DNA from: Candidatus Methylomirabilales bacterium
Lineage (GTDB): Bacteria > Methylomirabilota > Methylomirabilia > Methylomirabilales > CSP1-5
DNA: 64,000 nucleotides
Direction of reading: 5' to 3'
Assembly (NCBI GenBank): GCA_046758505.1
Contig: JBHIAH010000005.1
Span: 1-64,000, forward strand
Made by a program: the position numbers and the translations under genes. The notes under the pieces are model-generated. The model saw only the letters and a program-made list of their open reading frames with translations. It searched no databases and was not told where the DNA came from. Below, piece after piece: positions 61,841 through 64,000 of the stretch. Numbering within the stretch: position 1 is the stretch's first letter; the number at the start of each line of letters is the position of its first letter.

Positions 61841-62247
61841 GGCCTTGTTGCGCTTAGGGAAGACAACAAGGGTACGGCCCACTGCTGTCCAACACAAGTT
61901 TCAGCCAGCGCCCTTTCTGGTCTAACTCATTGAATTATAAGTGGCCCGCCGGCCGCTCAAATTTGAGGTTCCTCGGCTGGCCAGATACTGTCCAGGACGC
62001 CACCGCGACTGCCAGATGAGACAGCGGAGCCTCGCAGGGTGTAGCATCAAGGCTGTCCGAGCTTTTCTGAGCCTATAAGGGCCCGGCACGTGCCAAACAG
62101 ACGCGGTAAATGCTGTCCAAGACCGCTTTGGCCAAAAAGCTATCTTGGACAAGAGTGGGTACGGCCCCCTTTTCCAGACTCACACAGCCGGGAGGTACCT
62201 CAACAACCACACGTACTTGGGGGGCTTCTCTCCGCCCCATTCTCCTC

Positions 62248-63999
62248 TCAATCCTCCAGATCAATTACATACACCTTGCCATCGGTAAAAAACGGATCGC
62301 CGAGAAAATTTTGCCCAAGTGCCGGCTTCACGAATTGTTTCCTGCTGAATGTTCTTACAGCACCCGCTCGTTTTAGATCGCCAAACAAAAATTCCCGTTC
62401 CCCATCTATATCCGGCTCGATCCTATGCGCCACGAGCCACCTTATGCCCCGATCCATGCTCGCCGTACCGACATAAATTACCCTCCCATCGTCGGTCCTG
62501 AATTGCGTTCGCCAAAATCGCGCATGATGGCGTTCCGCCAACTTTTTTGCCTCTGTCTGTTTTTCAAAACCCAGGTCGTGAACACGCGCATCCCAGAAAG
62601 AAGGTGTAATCGGCGCCTCAGGATAATTTGATTCAAGCAGGGCAGCTCTCACCAGCTTCGCAAACGATGAAAGGTTCAGCGCATCTGCCACATGCCAACC
62701 GGCCTTCCGAAACGTATCTATAAGGTGCTGGTCGTCGCTCGTGATTAGGATCACACTTAGCGGTTCCTGATGCCTGCCTATGATCGTTTCCGTGTACTTC
62801 ATCTGATCATTTTGAAATAGATCCATGACGTTCGAGACGACAGTTGCTGTTGGCCCCGCGTGGCCACCGACAAGGGCCGGCTGAAACTGCGCGCCAACGC
62901 CTGCGTAAATGCCGATGACTCCAATCATGATTACTACCGAGACCGCCCTTGCGCCCGCCCTCGCTTGCACTGGGATAGAATTACTCTTTTTCGAACGCAT
63001 CCACTCTGTAAGGGTAATGCCGAGAATCAGCCACACAGCCCCCACCAGATAGCCACCCCAGACATCGCTCACATAATGGACGCCTAGATAGAGACGGCTG
63101 AAGCCGACGAGTATTATGGCAAGCGCCCCCGCGAATAAGGTATTCACTTTCACGGCCCAGCCTTTGGCATTCCGGATAAGCAGGTACGCAAGAAACCCAT
63201 AAAACGCCATTGCGATCGTCGCGTGCCCACTCGGAAAGGAAAACGACTGCTCCGTGTACGCGGCAAGAGGGGGCCGGGGACGCTGAAATACGATCTTTCC
63301 GAGCTGCGTGAACGCCTCGCTGCCAATACTCGCAACCAGCAGCGGTGCGATGTAGATTTCTTGCCGCCACAACCACAGAAGCACGCACGCCGCCGTTGCG
63401 ACACTCAGCACGATCTGCCACTTTCCAAGTAAGGTGACCCAAAGAAAAAAGGTCGTGAGTTCCCTACTCCGAAATGCAACCAAGAGATTTGCCACTCGCA
63501 TATCAGCGGCAACGATGGGGTCCGACGTGAGCACATCCTCGGCAACACCAGCAAGCAGAAGCAGCGCATAGACAAACGCGATGGAAAGCACCGTAAGGGG
63601 TAAGCCAGAAAACTTTGACTTGTCGAGACGATCCGCGACAAATCGAAAGAAAAAGGGATGCCGGTTCACAAGTGCTCGCACGTCGGGATTTCCAACAATT
63701 GCATCTTTGATCGATTGCCACATTGACCAGGCGAGGGTAAGCAGATATTTTCCCTTTCTTACGACGAACCGCTTCAGCAGGTACAAAACACCAAGGAAAA
63801 TCAGAAGCCCGCCTATCACGAGGCCGACGCGCGAGAGCCACATTTCGGCAAGCTGCAGCGATTTTCCGAAGAGGAAGCCTGCGAACACATGTTCGAAACC
63901 CCAAAGGATAGCGCCGATCGCATTCGCGACAAAGAACCTTTTCCTGCCCATCCCCGCCATGCCGGCCACGACCGGTATGTTTTCCCGAAGTCCAGGCAC
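62248..63999 (-). CDS. DedA / PAP2 phosphatase / LssY C-terminal domain protein (5' end outside the window)
   Basis: DedA remnant PVVAGMAGM, PAP2 RPRP, SFPSGH, SRLYLGVHY.SDV, LssY-like HHARFW and FFTDG. Confidence 0.88.
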   Translation of the reverse strand: MPGLRENIPVVAGMAGMGRKRFFVANAIGAILWGFEHVFAGFLFGKSLQLAEMWLSRVGLVIGGLLIFLGVLYLLKRFVVRKGKYLLTLAWSMWQSIKDAIVGNPDVRALVNRHPFFFRFVADRLDKSKFSGLPLTVLSIAFVYALLLLAGVAEDVLTSDPIVAADMRVANLLVAFRSRELTTFFLWVTLLGKWQIVLSVATAACVLLWLWRQEIYIAPLLVASIGSEAFTQLGKIVFQRPRPPLAAYTEQSFSFPSGHATIAMAFYGFLAYLLIRNAKGWAVKVNTLFAGALAIILVGFSRLYLGVHYVSDVWGGYLVGAVWLILGITLTEWMRSKKSNSIPVQARAGARAVSVVIMIGVIGIYAGVGAQFQPALVGGHAGPTATVVSNVMDLFQNDQMKYTETIIGRHQEPLSVILITSDDQHLIDTFRKAGWHVADALNLSSFAKLVRAALLESNYPEAPITPSFWDARVHDLGFEKQTEAKKLAERHHARFWRTQFRTDDGRVIYVGTASMDRGIRWLVAHRIEPDIDGEREFLFGDLKRAGAVRTFSRKQFVKPALGQNFLGDPFFTDGKVYVIDLED

Positions 64000-64000
64000 G

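Overview
GC-rich bacterial DNA in three parts. (1) Positions 1 to about 38,300 form an all-plus-strand mosaic island for copper and envelope stress. It contains two Met-rich exported paralogs, SHOCT, DUF302, YHS, DUF2933-like and DUF5676-like small proteins, and a DUF1573/CcdA-like/DUF1573 thiol module. It also has a candidate CutF/CruR-like Pro-rich leader ORF, HtrA and FtsH paralogs, a geranylgeranyl-reductase/methyltransferase fusion and an epimerase-VKOR fusion. Further on are a CorE-like Cys-rich ECF sigma factor, CopA plus a cupredoxin, a Rieske/cytochrome b/cytochrome c set and a YbhGFSR-like ABC exporter. (2) About 39,800-41,350 looks like a decayed integron cassette array with no integrase in the window; it carries hicAB. 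(3) About 41,400-64,000 holds minus-strand housekeeping genes: a split MetE-like pair, peroxiredoxin, korAB, two isolated nuoB paralogs, iscA/iscS, gltB, moaA, gabD and DedA-PAP2-LssY. CTAG-bounded MITE-like elements and palindromic heptamer repeats are scattered through the window, and one heptamer array lies in frame inside copA. All family assignments come from motif recognition by eye; no database searches were run.
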